A stretch of 38,836 bases of DNA from a virus, in IMG/VR virus record IMGVR_UViG_3300017941_000198, one strand, 5' to 3'. Shown here piece by piece: positions 35,692 to 38,836 of this stretch. Numbering within the stretch: position 1 is the stretch's first letter; each line of letters begins with the position of its first letter. Below the pieces are notes generated by a model. The model was not told where the DNA came from and did no database searches. It saw nothing but the letters and a program-made list of their open reading frames with translations. A program made the translations under genes and the position numbers.

Positions 35692-36009
35692 ATGCCCTTC
35701 CGAGATTTAGAGAAACAGGGAGCATTGCAAATTCTTGTTTACCTCTATGACAACCGCGATAGAAAAATAAATGTCTCTGAATTAGATCGCAATGTTAAGG
35801 CCACAAGAGAAACAATTTTATCTACCTTAAAAATGCTAAAAGTAAACCGGCTAATACAAGATGAAGTTAACAAAAAGTTTCCTTTTGACCATTCTATTTG
35901 GCTGAACCAAAAAGGGGTTGAGGTTGCAACTCAATTAAAAGTTGCTCAGAATGCTCTACTTGATCAAGAGCATCCAAAAAAAACTGAAGATTCTGAACCT
36001 GTAGGATAA
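35692..36009 (+). CDS. Winged-helix (HxlR/MarR/ArsR-like) regulator, candidate repressor
   Basis: LQILVYLY...INVSELDRNV...TILSTLKML...IWLNQKGVEVA. Confidence 0.8.
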   Translation: MPFRDLEKQGALQILVYLYDNRDRKINVSELDRNVKATRETILSTLKMLKVNRLIQDEVNKKFPFDHSIWLNQKGVEVATQLKVAQNALLDQEHPKKTEDSEPVG

Positions 36010-36261
36010 ACTCAGCTAAACTTTCTGATTGCCTAGCACTTGCTAAAACCACGTTTAGTAATGCTCTCTGTTTTGGGATACATTCTTCGCACATCTGCCT
36101 TCCCAACCCTACAAACCTTAATAAGTAATCGTAAGATAGATTTAAAACTTTTCTACACAAAATATACGCAGAGCAGTAGAGGGTACAGTGAAAGTGAAGA
36201 TGATACCTATGGCAGCTATTAGTAGAAAATCTTAAATTGTAAACACTTACAATTTGTTCTT

Positions 36262-36693
36262 ATGCCAAATTATGAACAGTACACAAAGATTGATGATGTT
36301 CAAGGTTACGATTTATATTTTAACGATAAGCGAACAGTTTTCATTAAATCTTTTAAGGCGCATAATACGCCTGTTGGTTCAGGTGGTCTTGTAGGTGGGC
36401 TTATAGGAGCAGGTGTAAGCGAAGCAGTCTTTCACTTTGGAAAACGCAAAGAAAAGAAGAAGGAGCAAGAAACTAAAGACTTATCTTTGGATGAAAAACT
36501 GCAAAAAATCAAGGGTTCTTTTGCAATAGCTCATGATGATGTAGAGTCAATTTGCGTTAGTAAGGGACAATTAAATTTTAAAGCAAAGAAAGTCTGGAAG
36601 TATCTAGCTTTAAACAAAGAGCAGTTTGCTCAATTATCAAGTTTACTTCCAAACATTCCTTTACTTAAGGATAAAACAAAAATAAACTATTAA
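36262..36693 (+). CDS. PH-like protein with a glycine-zipper segment
   Basis: YDLYFNDKRTVF; GGLVGGLIGAGV. Confidence 0.6.
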   Translation: MPNYEQYTKIDDVQGYDLYFNDKRTVFIKSFKAHNTPVGSGGLVGGLIGAGVSEAVFHFGKRKEKKKEQETKDLSLDEKLQKIKGSFAIAHDDVESICVSKGQLNFKAKKVWKYLALNKEQFAQLSSLLPNIPLLKDKTKINY

Positions 36694-36912
36694 TCGAATT
36701 ACTTGTTTTTACTTATAGTGGCACCACAAACTATAAATGCTAATAGTGACACTATATTGTCAGTTAGTTAGTAAGTGCATTTAAACGAACTGAACGAAAA
36801 ATTAAAAGGTGAAAAAAATGAATTGGAAAATAGAATTAATGATGCTGATAGATACCGATCCTTTACTTCCTCACAGAGTAAAAACGTGGTTCTATAGGAG
36901 ACTGTTTGGAAA

Positions 36913-37245
36913 ATGAAGTTATTTGAAGATGTAGTACCTTTACATTTGAAATGCCCAGCTTGTGGAGTAGTTTCAATCAGTAACACATATTCCAATAAAG
37001 AAGCATGGAAATTAGTGAATAAAAACATAGATACCTTATTCCTAAACACAAAATGCGGTCACAACTTTCTATTGTCAAAAACGATACTTTCAGATAAAAA
37101 TGGTTTGCCAATGGGATGTATGAATAAACAGAAACTTGGAACTGTTCGATACTATACTCTCAGAACCTATAAAATAATGCTTGACTCAAAAGACTGGATA
37201 ACTGATTCCATTGAAAATATCAAACGATTATTATTTCCTTGTTGA
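36913..37245 (+). CDS. Zn-ribbon protein
   Basis: KCPACG...KCGH. Confidence 0.65.
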   Translation: MKLFEDVVPLHLKCPACGVVSISNTYSNKEAWKLVNKNIDTLFLNTKCGHNFLLSKTILSDKNGLPMGCMNKQKLGTVRYYTLRTYKIMLDSKDWITDSIENIKRLLFPC

Positions 37246-37276
37246 CAGTTAATTAGCAAAAGTCGGAGGATTGAAA

Positions 37277-37432
37277 ATGAAAAAAGTCTGGAAACAAAGC
37301 ACAGAATGGATAATTATTTTCTTGCTTGGTGGTTTACTTTTTGCACTTCTTATGGGAATAATGGGATTTGTTATTGTAGGAATGCTGATAGCTTTTGTAT
37401 TATTTATTCCTGAAGATTCACCAAGTTGTTGA
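37277..37432 (+). CDS. 51-aa membrane peptide
   Basis: GGAGG RBS; long hydrophobic stretch. Confidence 0.6.
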   Translation: MKKVWKQSTEWIIIFLLGGLLFALLMGIMGFVIVGMLIAFVLFIPEDSPSC

Positions 37433-37456
37433 TAAAGAGTTAGGAGATGTTAAAAA

Positions 37457-37576
37457 ATGACTGAAGAATGGACTCCTGAAGATGAAGCTAAACTCAAAGA
37501 GTTACGCCGTAGAAAAGCTAAACAAATCCGAGATCAAACAAGGCAAAGAAAATATACACTGAGAAAGAAAAATTGA
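37457..37576 (+). CDS. 39-aa basic helical peptide convergent on the integrase
   Basis: GGAG RBS; MTEEWTPEDEAKLKELRRRKAKQIRDQTRQRKYTLRKKN. Confidence 0.55.
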   Translation: MTEEWTPEDEAKLKELRRRKAKQIRDQTRQRKYTLRKKN

Positions 37577-37579
37577 AGG

Positions 37580-38755
37580 CTATTTCTTATCCTTGTTTTT
37601 GTCTTCACCTTTTAAGTGCTCAGGGTCATTAACATGGATAAGTTCCTTAGCTTTCAATAAATCCCTGACTTCCCGAAACAGAGGAAGCTCTTTCATAAGT
37701 TCTTTGACATTATCAATATCATCCTTTGTGAGTCCAACCATAGAACCGTCAACCCTGTTCGAATCATTCAAGCATAAAAGTGGGTAAACCTTTTTCATAG
37801 CCTCAATTAACCGAAACTCCATCTTATCTTGGCTGCCATATTCATGTTCAATGCTGGAAGTGTGACCCATCAAAGCCTCCTTAACCTTACTATAAATTTC
37901 TGCGTCACAAAGGGCATCCTCGAAAGCGTCTCGCAGACTAGTTGGCTTAAATCCCTCAACAGAACCGAAACCAGCTTTAATGATTAATTCACGCACAACC
38001 TGACTGACCCCCTGATTATCAAGTGGACCCTCACGACCAACAAGCAAAGGCTCACCAACCTTGCCTTTCTTAATCATTACTTTACCTTTTTTAACGATTA
38101 CGTAAGCCTTCAAACAATCGCATACGTCGGGAGTAGAAACGCCACGCCAAACCTCGCCTGTCTTGCTCCGGCTAAACTCAAAATAGACCCAGGGCTCAAC
38201 TGGATAATCGCCAACCCTTAAGGCAGCAACATCTACTGGTGCAGGTCCATTCTGGTAAATAACTGCGACGATAAACTTGTCTCTGGCAGAGTCAGCGTGA
38301 GCAAACAAGCTTCGGACATCCTCGTTGCATGGCGAAAACTTGCGGGTTTTCCTTGCTTTCGGGTACTTCAGCCTTCGCAAATCCAAGCTTAATCGGTGGC
38401 TGTTGTTGCTGAAGAATCCTTGAATCCTGCCGATGTGACCGCTTATAGACAGGTTCTTGCTGACTAAGGTTTTGATGTAGGCTTTCGTTTTGCGCTCGTA
38501 CCTTTCGTTATCGGTTACGTCGAAACTTGTCAAATCACTTTTTCGATTGGCAATCACTGCGTCTGGGTCTTCCCCTAAAAAGAGGAAGTAGTATGGCAAA
38601 ACACGCCTGTAAGTTCTCTGAGTAGATTTATTGAGCCCTTCAATTGCCCGTTTATAGCAATCGTATTCTTCTATGGGTTTACCGAATTTTTCAAGGAACA
38701 GTTTGCGTCCTGTGCCGTCCTTAAGAGCTCTTGGGATAGTTTCTTTTCTTCGCAT
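37580..38755 (-). CDS. int: Tyrosine integrase (full length, non-canonical active site)
   Basis: RDKFIVAVIYQNGPAPVD, RSKTG, PTSLR, MGH...HEY; N-terminal core-binding helices. Confidence 0.85.
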   Translation of the reverse strand: MRRKETIPRALKDGTGRKLFLEKFGKPIEEYDCYKRAIEGLNKSTQRTYRRVLPYYFLFLGEDPDAVIANRKSDLTSFDVTDNERYERKTKAYIKTLVSKNLSISGHIGRIQGFFSNNSHRLSLDLRRLKYPKARKTRKFSPCNEDVRSLFAHADSARDKFIVAVIYQNGPAPVDVAALRVGDYPVEPWVYFEFSRSKTGEVWRGVSTPDVCDCLKAYVIVKKGKVMIKKGKVGEPLLVGREGPLDNQGVSQVVRELIIKAGFGSVEGFKPTSLRDAFEDALCDAEIYSKVKEALMGHTSSIEHEYGSQDKMEFRLIEAMKKVYPLLCLNDSNRVDGSMVGLTKDDIDNVKELMKELPLFREVRDLLKAKELIHVNDPEHLKGEDKNKDKK

Positions 38756-38836
38756 GGCGATTTCCCCAGAGGCGAATTAGCGTACCGCAGAGATATAGCG
38801 TTTGCCATATTGAAGCGGTGAACTGCATTTTGTACA

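Larger units (their letters stand above)
1..38836. mobile_element. Archaeal virus/provirus, probably spindle-shaped or enveloped type; left part lies outside the window
   Basis: Dense small ORFs with overlapping stop/start codons, terminal integrase, VP2-like protein, ATPase, RHH/AbrB/wHTH regulators, archaeal RBS and TATA signals, no housekeeping genes. Confidence 0.88.

Noticed and set aside
38756-38836. tRNA fragment or att site beside the integrase
   Set aside because: No T-arm or acceptor-stem motif on either strand, and no duplicated core noticed in the window
1-38836. CRISPR array, rRNA or tRNA genes
   Set aside because: No regularly spaced 24-40-nt repeats or cloverleaf patterns found by eye; intergenic spaces are short

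Overview
The whole window looks like one archaeal virus or provirus, open at the left edge, with a tyrosine integrase at the right edge. The archaeal call rests on GGAG/GGTGA ribosome-binding sites, TATA-type promoters, many TTG/GTG starts, and RHH, AbrB and wHTH regulators. Bathyarchaeia as host is only an inference. No HK97 or jelly-roll capsid, terminase, portal, polymerase, primase or helicase is recognisable. Small two-helix hydrophobic proteins, a fusellovirus VP2-like basic protein, a C-terminally anchored sequon-rich spike and a P-loop ATPase point instead to a spindle-shaped or other enveloped archaeal virus. Modules from left to right: (1) 1-7853 (-), structural operon, including a >719-aa secreted protein missing from the ORF track with a GH5/clan GH-A-like barrel and beta-repeats. 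(2) 7925-9572 (+), seven consecutive small basic proteins under a palindromic bidirectional promoter. (3) 9592-15004 (-), small membrane proteins, a class III signal-peptide protein and a GT-C-like glycosyltransferase. (4) 15137-17900 (+), ATPase, short tyrosine recombinase and HNH nuclease. (5) 17991-35487 (-), a long arm of small ORFs, a radical SAM/Zn-ribbon/ParB trio, and a 7.7-kb cassette of glycosyltransferases, methyltransferases, radical SAM enzymes and a FemAB/GNAT protein. (6) 35487-37576, an AbrB/wHTH divergent switch and an accessory operon. (7) An integrase with a degenerate active site. The best candidate for a new system is a self-contained viral glycan build-modify-transfer-degrade toolkit. 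All assignments come from motif recognition by eye; no database searches were run.
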